This document shows positions 1 through 9,314 of a DNA stretch of 64,000 bases, in pieces. Source of the DNA: Candidatus Obscuribacterales bacterium (GTDB lineage: Bacteria; Cyanobacteriota; Vampirovibrionia; Obscuribacterales; Obscuribacteraceae). The notes under the pieces are model-generated. The model saw only the letters and a program-made list of their open reading frames with translations. It searched no databases and was not told the origin of the DNA. Positions within the stretch are counted from its first letter, which is position 1. Each line of letters opens with the position of its first letter. Location of the stretch: NCBI GenBank assembly GCA_965228855.1, contig CBDDIJ010000003.1, positions 3,104,001 to 3,168,000 of the forward strand, written 5' to 3'. A program made the position numbers and the translations under genes.

Positions 1-4
1 TCTC

Positions 5-1789
5 ATGAAACAGGATAAATCAAAGGGCGGACCGGAGAGACGGGTCCGACGGATGAGCAACGAGGAGTCTTCCTCGTACAAGGAAACTCGCAGACGGCGC
101 GAGGAAGGCGAACCGGAAGGTGGTTCGGAAGAACGCGGCGATTTCCGGCGCGATCGGGAGCCACCGCCGAATAACGTAAATCTCTACCTCAGCCCACGAT
201 TGATGGACCTGGCGACGGAGCTGGCAGACGAAGCCAGGATGCCTGTCAAACTTTACCTGGTCGAAGCAATCAAGTACGTTCTCCTGGCTCAAGCAGGACG
301 GATAGACAAGCGCGATAAATATAAAGCAGAATTCGTTTCCGGCGCTCGCATGAAGACGAGCACATGGAGACCGGAAGAGAAGAAAGATGCCGAGCACGAA
401 CTGGACGAAGCAGGGGACGATGAGGCGAAAGCACAACTTTCAACATCTCCGTCGGGTATCGATGCTCCTGGTGACTTCGGCTCAGATGACGAATCGGTCT
501 CGGATGCAGTAGTCGATTCCGAAGACGAAGAATTCGACGAAAGCGATGCTGACGACGATGAGGATTCGAGTGAGCACTTGAAGGAACGACCAGAAGGCGA
601 AGAAGAAGAAGAAGAAGAAGAAGAAGACGACGACGACGACGACGATGATGACGAAGACGACGAAGAAGATGATGACGAAGACGACGAAGAAGAAGATGGT
701 GAGTTCGAGCGAGCACGCGCTGCTGCAATAGCGAAGCGAGAAGCAGCCAAAGAGGAAGCTCGTCGAACCACTGGGGACGATTCGTCTTCCAAGAGACCAC
801 GTAAACGCGATGATGAAAACGAAACCCGTGGACGTGGTCGCTATGGCGACGAAGGCGGTCGCAGTGGTGGAGGAGAAGGCGGACGTGGACGTTCCGGCGG
901 CGGCGGATATGCAGCTGGCGGACGTGGTCGCACGAGCACGGGCGAGGGCCGCGGTCGTTCTTCCGGTGGCGGATATGGCGACGGCGGTGGTCGCGGTCGT
1001 TCCGAAGGCGGCTACGGACGAGGTCGCGCAGAATCCGGTGAAGGCGGCGGTGCGCGTGGACGTTCCAGCAGCAGCGGCGGCGGATACGGTGGCGGCGCAG
1101 GTCGTGGTCGTTCCGGCAGCAGCGGCGGCGGATACGGTGGCGGCGCAGGTCGCGGTCGTTCCGGCGATGGTGAAGGCGGAGGTGCTCGCGGACGTTCCGG
1201 CGGCAGTGGCGGCGGATACGGTGGCGGCGCTGGTCGCGGGCGTTCCGGCGATGGTGAAGGCGGCGGTGCTCGCGGACGTTCCGGCGGCAGCGGCGGCGGA
1301 TACGGTGGCGGCGCAGGTCGCGGACGTTCCGGAAGCGGTGAAGGTGCCGGCGCTCGTGGACGTTCCGGCGGCAGCGGCGGCGGATACGGTGGCGGCGCTG
1401 GTCGCGGACGTTCCGGAGGCGGTGAAGGCGGCGGCGCTCGTGGACGTTCCGGCGGCAGCGGCGGCGGATACGCAGGCGGCGCAGGTCGCGGGCGTTCCGG
1501 AGGCGGTGAAGGTGGCGGCGCTCGTGGACGCTCCGGCGGCAGTGGCGGCGGATACGGTGGCGGCGCGGGTCGCGGTCGTTCCGGCGGCGGTGAAGGCGGC
1601 GGCGGCGCTCGTGGGCGTTCCGGCGGCAGCGGTGGCGGATACGGTGGCGGCGCGGGTCGCGGTCGTTCCGGCGGTGGCACTGGTCGCTCCGGTGGTGGCA
1701 CCGGTCGCGGTGGCGCCGGTCGTTCTGGCGGCGGCACCGGGCGTGGTGGCGCATCGGGTGGACGCAAACCAGCAGGCCGCAAGCCATAA
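5..1789 (+). CDS. Intrinsically disordered protein: putative ribbon-helix-helix domain, long Asp/Glu tract, Gly/Arg/Tyr (RGG-like) tandem repeats
   Basis: 594-aa ORF. VNLYLSPRLMDLATELADEARMPVKLYLVEAIKYVL has an RHH-like pattern, followed by poly-E/D and ~28-aa repeats GGSGGGYGGGAGRGRSGxGEGGGARGRS. The start could lie upstream of the window. Confidence 0.8.
   Translation: MKQDKSKGGPERRVRRMSNEESSSYKETRRRREEGEPEGGSEERGDFRRDREPPPNNVNLYLSPRLMDLATELADEARMPVKLYLVEAIKYVLLAQAGRIDKRDKYKAEFVSGARMKTSTWRPEEKKDAEHELDEAGDDEAKAQLSTSPSGIDAPGDFGSDDESVSDAVVDSEDEEFDESDADDDEDSSEHLKERPEGEEEEEEEEEDDDDDDDDDEDDEEDDDEDDEEEDGEFERARAAAIAKREAAKEEARRTTGDDSSSKRPRKRDDENETRGRGRYGDEGGRSGGGEGGRGRSGGGGYAAGGRGRTSTGEGRGRSSGGGYGDGGGRGRSEGGYGRGRAESGEGGGARGRSSSSGGGYGGGAGRGRSGSSGGGYGGGAGRGRSGDGEGGGARGRSGGSGGGYGGGAGRGRSGDGEGGGARGRSGGSGGGYGGGAGRGRSGSGEGAGARGRSGGSGGGYGGGAGRGRSGGGEGGGARGRSGGSGGGYAGGAGRGRSGGGEGGGARGRSGGSGGGYGGGAGRGRSGGGEGGGGARGRSGGSGGGYGGGAGRGRSGGGTGRSGGGTGRGGAGRSGGGTGRGGASGGRKPAGRKP
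599..643 (+). repeat. (GAA)9(GAC)6 coding microsatellite
   Basis: Read directly; encodes E9D6. Confidence 0.85.
1030..1680 (+). repeat. 84-bp coding tandem repeat (~6-7 imperfect copies)
   Basis: tccggcggcag..ggcggcggatac recurs at 1196, 1280 and onward with 84-bp spacing. Confidence 0.85.
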
Positions 1790-1822
1790 CAGAAAACTCG
1801 ATTTAAGCTAACGCAAAAGGAG

Positions 1823-2473
1823 ATGTCTATGAAATGGTCGCACTTGGCAGTCGCCGTACTAGCAGCTGTTTCTCTGAATGCTCAGAACGCATCGGCAGAG
1901 TATCCACCGAAAGTAAAGAAGGAACTCGTGGCCGGTAACGACCTCAGAGGCAAAGAAGCCCCGGTTCTCGAAGTAGAACAATGGGTGAATGGCACCACTC
2001 CTGATATCAAAGGGAAAGTGGTACTGGTCGACTTCTGGGCGACCTGGTGCGGACCTTGCCGGCAGCTGATTCCGGAATTGAACGGTTTCAAAGAAAAATT
2101 CGGCGACGACCTCGTCATCATTGGACTCAGCGACGAGCCTGTGGAGAAACTCAAACCGTTTGTCGAATCAAACAAAGTCGATTACATCATCGGTACCGAT
2201 CCGAAAAAACAAACGAAGAAGGTCCTCAAGGTTCAGGGCATTCCTCACGTGATGATCGTCACGCCGGACAATGTCGTGCGCTGGCAGGGATTTCCGGGAG
2301 AGGAAAACGACCCGTTAACCGAAGACAAAATTGCAGCGATCATCGAGACCAGCAAAGCTGAGAACGCTGACGCTGCAAAATTTGCCATTCATGTGGTCAA
2401 CGAGACGCCTGCAGGTGGCACCAAAGAAGCCTCCGGCGAGTCCAAAGAAAAATCCGAAGAGGCATCAGACTAG
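1823..2473 (+). CDS. TlpA/ResA-like thiol-disulfide oxidoreductase with signal peptide
   Basis: VLVDFWATWCGPC motif, GIP cis-Pro loop, signal peptide ending ASA, AGGAG RBS. Confidence 0.9.
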   Translation: MSMKWSHLAVAVLAAVSLNAQNASAEYPPKVKKELVAGNDLRGKEAPVLEVEQWVNGTTPDIKGKVVLVDFWATWCGPCRQLIPELNGFKEKFGDDLVIIGLSDEPVEKLKPFVESNKVDYIIGTDPKKQTKKVLKVQGIPHVMIVTPDNVVRWQGFPGEENDPLTEDKIAAIIETSKAENADAAKFAIHVVNETPAGGTKEASGESKEKSEEASD

Positions 2474-2484
2474 TCGAACTGCCA

Positions 2485-3069
2485 CTAACTGTGGTGACTG
2501 CGCGAATTCGCCTTAGCCCTCGGATGCCACTTTCCATGGGCTTTTTTATGATGCTTGCCGGACGTCTTTATCAGTCCGAGTTCGTGCTGAGCCGTCTTGT
2601 ATTCAGGGGACTCAGAAGGAATCAAGTTCAACAGCTTAACCGCTGAGGCGTTGTCGCCATGCGCTCTAGACTGTTTCGACAGACTGAGATAAACGCGGTC
2701 CAGTTTCACAGAATATTCCGGCGAGAGGCCATAGGCATCTTCCAGCTTTTCGAGTTCTGCTCGCGCGACAACCAGATGTCCGCTTTTGAGAGTCTCGTCG
2801 ATTCGAGCTTCGGCACGCTTCTGTGTATCCACTTTACTCGCCTGCGCAGACGCAAAACTAGAAAAGTTTTTCTGAATAATCAAACCAAAGCCGAAAAGAA
2901 TCGCTATGGATCCAAGAACCAAACCGGTGCCGGCAATGGCGAGAACGACGCTGCGCGGAGAAAAGCGCTCCTCGGTGATTGGTCCACTGCCATTACCTCT
3001 GGTGCTAAAACTCCTTTGATGAACGGCGGTCTTCATAAATAACTCCTGCGATACGCAATCCCTTGACAT
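2485..3069 (-). CDS. Hypothetical single-TM protein with helical (TPR-like) C-terminus
   Basis: 194-aa ORF with hydrophobic VVLAIAGTGLVLGSIAILFGFGLII; the start may be the second Met. Confidence 0.65.
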   Translation of the reverse strand: MSRDCVSQELFMKTAVHQRSFSTRGNGSGPITEERFSPRSVVLAIAGTGLVLGSIAILFGFGLIIQKNFSSFASAQASKVDTQKRAEARIDETLKSGHLVVARAELEKLEDAYGLSPEYSVKLDRVYLSLSKQSRAHGDNASAVKLLNLIPSESPEYKTAQHELGLIKTSGKHHKKAHGKWHPRAKANSRSHHS

Positions 3070-3156
3070 CTATTGGGACCATGATACCGTCTGCGGATGC
3101 AAGATCTCGAAAACTACAAAATCTATTCACAATCCAGAAAGCGGTGTCAGTTTTAG

Positions 3157-3498
3157 CTACTTTTTCGCGTCCTGCTTCGCCCGACTAAGAGCATCGGCTT
3201 CGACAAGAAGACCCTGCCGCTCATAAGTCTTCCAGAGTTCCGACCACTTTAGAATCACGTAGTGCTGCGTCGAATACTTCTTGGCCAGACGAGTAATTTG
3301 CGCGTTTCCACTACGCAAAATCTCAAGCCCGTCAAGACCAGCACATTTGCGACAGAGAACTTCTTTCTCCTCGTCGTTTTTAGTATTGAGCTTTACGATG
3401 TCGTCGACCACGAGCTTCATATCGCAGCCAAAGCAGCGAGACGGTCGGCTCAACGCGAATACGGAATTCGCCGGATTCTTTTTCTCTTGTTCACTCAA
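3157..3498 (-). CDS. Small Cys-containing protein resembling the N-terminal region of DUF2293-type proteins
   Basis: CxxC...CxxC plus SGNAQITRLAKK...YERQGLLVE; directly abuts hemL. Confidence 0.7.
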   Translation of the reverse strand: MSEQEKKNPANSVFALSRPSRCFGCDMKLVVDDIVKLNTKNDEEKEVLCRKCAGLDGLEILRSGNAQITRLAKKYSTQHYVILKWSELWKTYERQGLLVEADALSRAKQDAKK

Positions 3499-4881
3499 TT
3501 AGGAAACTTCTTTGAAGACCTTATCGAACGCTTCGATTGTCTGATCGATGATGCGCTTTGTGTGCATCGTCGATAAGAAGGCGGCTTCGAATTGCGAAGG
3601 CGGCCAGTAGATACCATGGTTGAGTAACTCTTTCCAAACTTTGGAGAACATCTCAGTATCTGCCTTTTGAGCTTCTTCGAAATTGGTGACTTCACCCTTC
3701 GTGAAAAAGACAGTGATCATGCCGCAAGTCGAAGAGACGTGAACCTTGATGCCGTGCTCTTTGGCAGCATCTCTCACGCCCTGTGCGAGTTTGTCGGTCA
3801 TCTCTTTCATGTCCGCATAGATTTTCTCCGAGCGGAGTGCGCGCAGTTGAGCGAGCCCGGCAGCCATGGCAAGCGGGTTTCCGGAGAGCGTACCGGCTTG
3901 ATAAACCGAACCTTGCGGAGCCACCATTTCCATTACGTCTCTTCTGCCGCCGTAGGCACCGACAGGCAATCCGCCGCCGATGACCTTGCCAAGGCAGGTG
4001 AGATCCGGTTTTACGTTTAGCAGGTTTTGTGCGCCGCCTTTAGCAACGCGGAAGCCTGTCATCACTTCATCAAAAATGAGGAGCGCTTTGTGCTTCGTAC
4101 AAAGCTCGCGAAGTCCTTCTAAAAATCCTTCTTTCGGGTTGAGTAATCCTGAGTTGCCGACGATCGGCTCCACGATTACCGCAGCAATCTCATCCTTGTG
4201 TTCCTGGAACGCTTTGGAGACTGCATCCAGATCATTAAAGGGAAGCGAAATCGTAAGCTTCGAGACCTCTTCCGGTACGCCAGGACTGCTTGCAATTCCG
4301 AGTGTAGCAAGACCGGAACCTGCTTTTACGAGGAAACCGTCTGCATGACCGTGATAGCAGCCGTCGAATTTGATTATCAGGTCGCGCTTCGTAAAGGCAC
4401 GGGCAACACGAATAGCCGACATGCATGCTTCAGTGCCGGAGTTGACCATGCGCACCATTTCGATGGACGGAATCAACTCTGTAATCAATTCGGCCAGTTC
4501 AACTTCTGCTCTGCAAGGAGCACCATAGCTGGTACCATGCTCGAGGCCCTGCTCAATGGCTTCCAGGAGTCTAGGGTGACGATGACCCAAGATCATCGGT
4601 CCCCAGGAGAGCACATAATCAATGTATTCGGTATCATCGACATCGAATAAATACGGACCATCAGCACGAGCCATGAAGACAGGCTCAGAATCAACCGATA
4701 GACACGCGCGCGCAGGAGAATTAACTCCGCCCGGCATCACTTTCTTGGCGCGCTCGAAAAGTCTCTTCGAACGTGTCTCCGCCACCGCCGGCACGGACCC
4801 CTCTTTTTTGTCCTTGGTTGCTGTTTCTGTCATAAGTTTTTCAATCACCTGCGCGTTTTTGTTTCTTCCCGTAATCGACAT
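3499..4881 (-). CDS. hemL: Glutamate-1-semialdehyde 2,1-aminomutase
   Basis: PGGVNSPAR, NSGTEA, FDEVMTGFR, GKVIGGGLPVG, YQAGTLSGNP motifs; the true start may be 4833. Confidence 0.97.
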   Translation of the reverse strand: MSITGRNKNAQVIEKLMTETATKDKKEGSVPAVAETRSKRLFERAKKVMPGGVNSPARACLSVDSEPVFMARADGPYLFDVDDTEYIDYVLSWGPMILGHRHPRLLEAIEQGLEHGTSYGAPCRAEVELAELITELIPSIEMVRMVNSGTEACMSAIRVARAFTKRDLIIKFDGCYHGHADGFLVKAGSGLATLGIASSPGVPEEVSKLTISLPFNDLDAVSKAFQEHKDEIAAVIVEPIVGNSGLLNPKEGFLEGLRELCTKHKALLIFDEVMTGFRVAKGGAQNLLNVKPDLTCLGKVIGGGLPVGAYGGRRDVMEMVAPQGSVYQAGTLSGNPLAMAAGLAQLRALRSEKIYADMKEMTDKLAQGVRDAAKEHGIKVHVSSTCGMITVFFTKGEVTNFEEAQKADTEMFSKVWKELLNHGIYWPPSQFEAAFLSTMHTKRIIDQTIEAFDKVFKEVS

Positions 4882-4987
4882 TCCCGGTTTAACCGAGAGT
4901 GACGCTCAACCATCCAAAGTTTTTCGAAACCCAATCAGTGTCAACCAAGCTGGGTTTCGCTAAGACGAAGGAAAGTCGTTGACTCGA

Positions 4988-5458
4988 TCAGTCAGCGACC
5001 TTTTCTTTCTGTCCCTTCAATACTCGCTCGATCGCCTGCTCGACCATTTTCACGGCCTTCTCACCCGCTTTGAAATCGCGCATCTTGTGCTCTTCGTCAA
5101 AGAGGTAATAGGCAGGAACGTATTTATTCTCGAAGCGATTTGTGATTTCGTGCCAGTTATCGACAACGCATGGTTGTTTCACTTCCCACTCGTCAATCGC
5201 TTCCTTTACAGACTCGACTTTGGTATCACTTTCCTGTCTTGGCATGTGCACCGAGATAATTTGCAGACCTTGCGGTTTGTAAGTTTCCAACCAGCGGTTG
5301 ATCTCAGGCAAACTCTCCTTGCAAGTGCCGCAACTAATCGACCAGAAGTGGATGAGAACCGGCTTTCCAGCGAGTTGCTCATTTGTTATCGGTTCAGAAT
5401 TGAACCAATCCGTTCCACCTTCGAGCGATGGCAGGGGAGTATCCATTCGAAGCGGCAT
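4988..5458 (-). CDS. YkuV/AhpT-like thioredoxin-fold redoxin
   Basis: IHFWSISCGTCKE, VHMPR and FENKYVPAYYLFD closely resemble my recollection of B. subtilis YkuV. Confidence 0.85.
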   Translation of the reverse strand: MPLRMDTPLPSLEGGTDWFNSEPITNEQLAGKPVLIHFWSISCGTCKESLPEINRWLETYKPQGLQIISVHMPRQESDTKVESVKEAIDEWEVKQPCVVDNWHEITNRFENKYVPAYYLFDEEHKMRDFKAGEKAVKMVEQAIERVLKGQKEKVAD

Positions 5459-5532
5459 ACGACCTCCTTGATACCGAACATCATCTAACCATTATTGTAT
5501 CGCCGTGAGCGATCAGCATCGTGTCTTTTAAT

Positions 5533-5566
5533 CAAAAGAGTCGCTAGCACTTGACCAGCGACTCTT
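5533..5566 (-). terminator. Intrinsic terminator after peroxiredoxin
   Basis: aagagtcgct...agcgactctt 10-bp stem with a short T-tract on the minus strand. Confidence 0.6.
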
Positions 5567-5588
5567 CGAATTCATTGTTTACAACGAA

Positions 5589-6128
5589 CTAAACGGAAAG
5601 GGGCTTTTGACCCGGCTTCCAGTCAGCGCCGCAGAGACCACCGGTCTTGAGTGCTTCAAGAACGCGGAGGGTTTCGTCTACGCTACGGCCGACGTTGAGG
5701 CTGTGAACAACTTGATACTGGAGGTAGCCGTCCGGATCGATGATGAAGAGACCGCGGAGCGAGATGCCCTTGTCTTCGAGCAATACGCCGTAATCGCGGC
5801 ATACATCTTTGGTGATGTCGGAGCCGAGTACGTAATCCAGTTTGCCGAGTCCACCTTTGTCTTCCGAGGTGCTGATCCAAGCGCGGTGGCTATAGACGCT
5901 GTCGGTCGAAACTGCGAGAACTTCTGCGCCAGCAGCTTTGATGTCAGCCAATCTGTCATGGAAGGCTTTCAATTCTGTGGGGCAGACGAAGGTGAAGTCG
6001 AGCGGATAGAAGAAAAGGATGAGCCATTTGCCTTTGTAATCGGCGAGGCTTACGTTTTCTTTCAAAGTTTTGAGGTCCTTGGTGGACGGCATATCAAAGG
6101 GTGGAGCTTTTTTTCCAACTTGCAACAT
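5589..6128 (-). CDS. ahpC: 2-Cys peroxiredoxin (AhpC/Prx1; YkuU/AhpA-like)
   Basis: FFYPLDFTFVCPTE and resolving-Cys motif GGLCGADWKPG; start taken at MLQVGKKAP. Confidence 0.93.
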   Translation of the reverse strand: MLQVGKKAPPFDMPSTKDLKTLKENVSLADYKGKWLILFFYPLDFTFVCPTELKAFHDRLADIKAAGAEVLAVSTDSVYSHRAWISTSEDKGGLGKLDYVLGSDITKDVCRDYGVLLEDKGISLRGLFIIDPDGYLQYQVVHSLNVGRSVDETLRVLEALKTGGLCGADWKPGQKPLSV

Positions 6129-6363
6129 TAGGCGAACTCCCATTCGTTCGGGTAAGAGTGAACACAAGACCTAGAATGGTACTAAGCTTTGCTGTATTCC
6201 TTAATATGTTTAATGGAAATTGTAGAATTTGCTTAACGCTTATTTGCATCTTGCGTCCGAGTCATCAAGCCGATTAGCTCGCAATGCCCCCAGGAACGCG
6301 ACTCGGAGAAGCGCTTTACCGGCTCATTTTGCAGGAACCAGAAAGTAACCTGATTTCCAAAAG

Positions 6364-6552
6364 CTACTTAGTAATAGGTTTGGTCTTCTCTACCCAGTCA
6401 GAAAGAACGCGCCCGAGATCGTTGAGCGCCACGTATTTGCGAATCAATGGACTCTTAGGATCCCAACCGATTGTCAACAAATGAATAAGGTGCTCGCGAG
6501 GACTGACGCTTGACTTGCTGCGACCAAGTTCGGAATCGTTTTGATCACTCAT
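6364..6552 (-). CDS. Small hypothetical protein
   Basis: 62-aa ORF with AGGAG RBS and globular-looking sequence. Confidence 0.6.
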   Translation of the reverse strand: MSDQNDSELGRSKSSVSPREHLIHLLTIGWDPKSPLIRKYVALNDLGRVLSDWVEKTKPITK

Positions 6553-6726
6553 ATTTCACGCTCCTGATATCAAGCACTCGATTGGGCGAGTCGAAACTCT
6601 CGAGATCGAGACTACAACCGCTACAACTCTTAATTTAAACAGTCGAGACCGCATTGCGGATCGCAAACTCTTGTTCAAACGTTTCTCATTTGCTATCAAT
6701 AGTTAAGCAGCGGGCGCAGGGTTTGA

Positions 6727-6756
6727 TTGACCCTACGATTATATATTTGGTAGTAT
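6727..6756 (+). promoter_or_regulatory. Sigma70-type promoter of rplU-rpmA
   Basis: TTGACC-N18-TAGTAT with an extended -10 TG. Confidence 0.55.
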
Positions 6757-6901
6757 TCGAATTCGCTCTCTCGCTCTTAGAAACCAAGGACGTGTTTCTG
6801 GGGGGCGTAGAGCTGGCGCTTGGTTGGGCCGCGACTCAGTCGTCGGGCTCCCAGACGAGTATCAACGTCATTCAGTTCGTGTAGAAATTCCGGAGACAGC
6901 A

Positions 6902-7303
6902 ATGTTCGCCATAGTTGAAGCCTGCGGCAGGCAATATAAATTAGAGCCGGGACGCTTCGTCGACATCGACCTCACCAGCGCAAACCAAGGTGATAAACAC
7001 CTGTTTGACAAAGTGTTGATGCTCGTCGACGGCGACGAAACCACAGTCGGTCAGCCCTTCGTTGAAGGCGCCACAGTGACCGGCAGTGTGATTTCGAAAT
7101 TGGTAGAGAACGAGGCTACAGGCAGAATTGACTCATCAGTCAAAGCTTCCAAAGTCATCGTATATCATATGAAGCCCAAAAAAGGCACTCGTAAGAAACA
7201 AGGTCACAGACAGCAATTCACCCGCGTCTGGATCGATTCAATCGAAGTCAACAACAAAGTATTGGCAAAAGCCGAGAAAAAAGAAAAGGCTGAAAGCAAG
7301 TAA
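6902..7303 (+). CDS. rplU: 50S ribosomal protein L21
   Basis: [12 protein letters not shown]...[17 protein letters not shown]; precedes rpmA. Confidence 0.97.
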   Translation: MFAIVEACGRQYKLEPGRFVDIDLTSANQGDKHLFDKVLMLVDGDETTVGQPFVEGATVTGSVISKLVENEATGRIDSSVKASKVIVYHMKPKKGTRKKQGHRQQFTRVWIDSIEVNNKVLAKAEKKEKAESK

Positions 7304-7358
7304 TAGAGCGCTTGGAGCGCGCGGTGCATTTGCACCGTTACAAGGGAGTTGATTTGTC

Positions 7359-7610
7359 ATGGCACATAAAAAAGGTGCAGGTTCAACAAGAAACGGTCGC
7401 GACAGCCAACCTAAGCGTCTTGGCGTAAAGGTCTTCGGCGGTCAAATCGCGATTCCTGGAAACATTCTCGTCCGTCAACGCGGCACGAAAATTCATCCTG
7501 GTTTCAACGTAAAAATCGGCAGAGATGACACTTTGTACTCGATGATCGAAGGGGTCGTCACGTACGAGATGTCGCGTGGAAAAAAACGCGTCAGCGTCTA
7601 CCCGGCCTAG
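7359..7610 (+). CDS. rpmA: 50S ribosomal protein L27
   Basis: [16 protein letters not shown]...RQRGTK. Confidence 0.99.
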   Translation: MAHKKGAGSTRNGRDSQPKRLGVKVFGGQIAIPGNILVRQRGTKIHPGFNVKIGRDDTLYSMIEGVVTYEMSRGKKRVSVYPA

Positions 7611-7633
7611 TTTTTTACCGCGACCGATAGCAA

Positions 7634-7656
7634 CCGCCCGCAGCCGCGGGCGGCTT
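7634..7656 (+). terminator. GC-rich hairpin after rpmA
   Basis: ccgcccgc-agcc-gcgggcgg with a weak U tail. Confidence 0.45.
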
Positions 7657-7707
7657 AATGCTGACTAAAAGCGGTTTTCAAACCAAACAGATTATCGAGA
7701 AACGCGC

Positions 7708-9258
7708 TTGACGCCCACAACTATGGAAGTTCCACCAAAGCCTGTTGACCCCCTGCTCCGGAAGTGGGGACTGGCAGCCGACTGGGAGGACTCCTCGGCA
7801 AGCGCGTTTTCCGGCGTTTCGTACGACTCGCGCTCGGTGCAGCCCGGACACATTTTCTTTTGCATTCACGGCGAAAAAACTGACGGCAACAACTTCATCA
7901 ACGACGCGGTCAAATCAGGCGCCGTTTTAATCGTAAGCGAGAAGCCCAAGCCGAGCGGTTTTACATCGCCTTATCTCGTCGTCAAAGATGTCCGTGAAGC
8001 GATGTCGGAAGCGGCGGATTATCTATACGAGCACCCCAGCACGAAGCTGCGCGTGCTTGGCGTGACTGGGACGAATGGAAAAACATCGACCACTCACATT
8101 ATCGAGCATATTTTGAACGGCACAGGGCGCAAAGCCGGTCTGGTCGGAACCATGGGCGTCCGCTGGGCGGGAGCCGGACACGGCGACGGTTACATTGAAG
8201 CAAAACACACTACGCCGCAAGCAGCAGATCTGCACAGACTGTTTTATCAAATGGTGAATGCAGGCGTTTCTCACGTGGCAATGGAAGTTTCGAGCCATGC
8301 TCTTGCTCTTAAGCGCGTTGACAACTGCCAGTTCGCATCAGCTTGCCTGACGAATATCACCCAGGACCATCTCGATTTCCACAAAACCATGGAGCATTAC
8401 TGGCGGTCCAAACTGCTGTTGTTCAGCTCTTTGAACGCGAGTCCACTCGATCCGAAAAACGCGATCGTCAATATAGACCAGGAGCTGGCGCCGGAATATT
8501 TGAAGGCGGTTTCGGCCAGCGTGAATAAATACACATATGGATTCTCCGAGAAGGCAGATTTTAGAGCCGTCAACGCGCATTTCGACAAGAGTGGAACGGC
8601 GCTCACGGTTTTAACGCCAAACGGTCCGATCGATTTGAAACTTAAACTGGTCGGCAATTTCAACGTGTACAACGTACTTGCCGCACTGACCATTTGCTCG
8701 ACCGAAGGCGTGTCCAATCAGGAATTGAAAGAGTCGCTCGAATCATTCGCCGGCGTCTGCGGGCGCTTCCAGGTCGTATCCGACATGACCAGCCATGAGC
8801 CGCTCTGCATCGTAGACTACGCGCACTCTCCGGATGGTCTGGAGAATGTATTGAACGTGGCGCGCGAACTCGTTCCACCTGATGGGAAGCTTATCGTCGT
8901 CTTCGGCTGTGGCGGAGACCGCGACACTTCAAAACGTCCTCAAATGGGCGCCATTGCCGAGAATCTCGCCGACCAGGTGGTAGTGACTTCAGACAATCCG
9001 CGCTCTGAAGACCCGCAACAAATCATCATTGACATCCTGGCCGGTATCAAGAGAATGAACGAAGACATCGTTGTCGAACCGGACAGAGCCAAGGCAATTC
9101 AGCTTGGCGTCCTCGATGCGTCTGACAAAGATATAGTCGTAGTCGCTGGAAAAGGGCACGAAACCTACCAGATCATCAAGGGACAGACTTTTGATTTTGA
9201 CGACAAAGTCGAAGTCCAGAAGGCTCTTGAGAAACGGCGGGATTCTTCAGCTACCTGA
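7708..9258 (+). CDS. murE: UDP-N-acetylmuramoyl-L-alanyl-D-glutamate--2,6-diaminopimelate ligase
   Basis: GVTGTNGKTS, MEVSSHAL, DHLDFH, VDYAHSPD, FGCGGDRD, DNPR (DAP-specific), AGKGHE. Confidence 0.97.
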   Translation: MTPTTMEVPPKPVDPLLRKWGLAADWEDSSASAFSGVSYDSRSVQPGHIFFCIHGEKTDGNNFINDAVKSGAVLIVSEKPKPSGFTSPYLVVKDVREAMSEAADYLYEHPSTKLRVLGVTGTNGKTSTTHIIEHILNGTGRKAGLVGTMGVRWAGAGHGDGYIEAKHTTPQAADLHRLFYQMVNAGVSHVAMEVSSHALALKRVDNCQFASACLTNITQDHLDFHKTMEHYWRSKLLLFSSLNASPLDPKNAIVNIDQELAPEYLKAVSASVNKYTYGFSEKADFRAVNAHFDKSGTALTVLTPNGPIDLKLKLVGNFNVYNVLAALTICSTEGVSNQELKESLESFAGVCGRFQVVSDMTSHEPLCIVDYAHSPDGLENVLNVARELVPPDGKLIVVFGCGGDRDTSKRPQMGAIAENLADQVVVTSDNPRSEDPQQIIIDILAGIKRMNEDIVVEPDRAKAIQLGVLDASDKDIVVVAGKGHETYQIIKGQTFDFDDKVEVQKALEKRRDSSAT

Positions 9259-9314
9259 TTTCGGCAAGGCGGTTATAATCTTTGCGGGAGTTGCGAGCCA
9301 AGAAAATTTGACCC

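Noticed and set aside
270..1811. Long alternative-frame ORFs (270..1787 -, 810..1811 +, 1012..1782 -)
   Set aside because: Stop-free shadows of the GC-rich 84-bp repeat of the 5..1789 gene.
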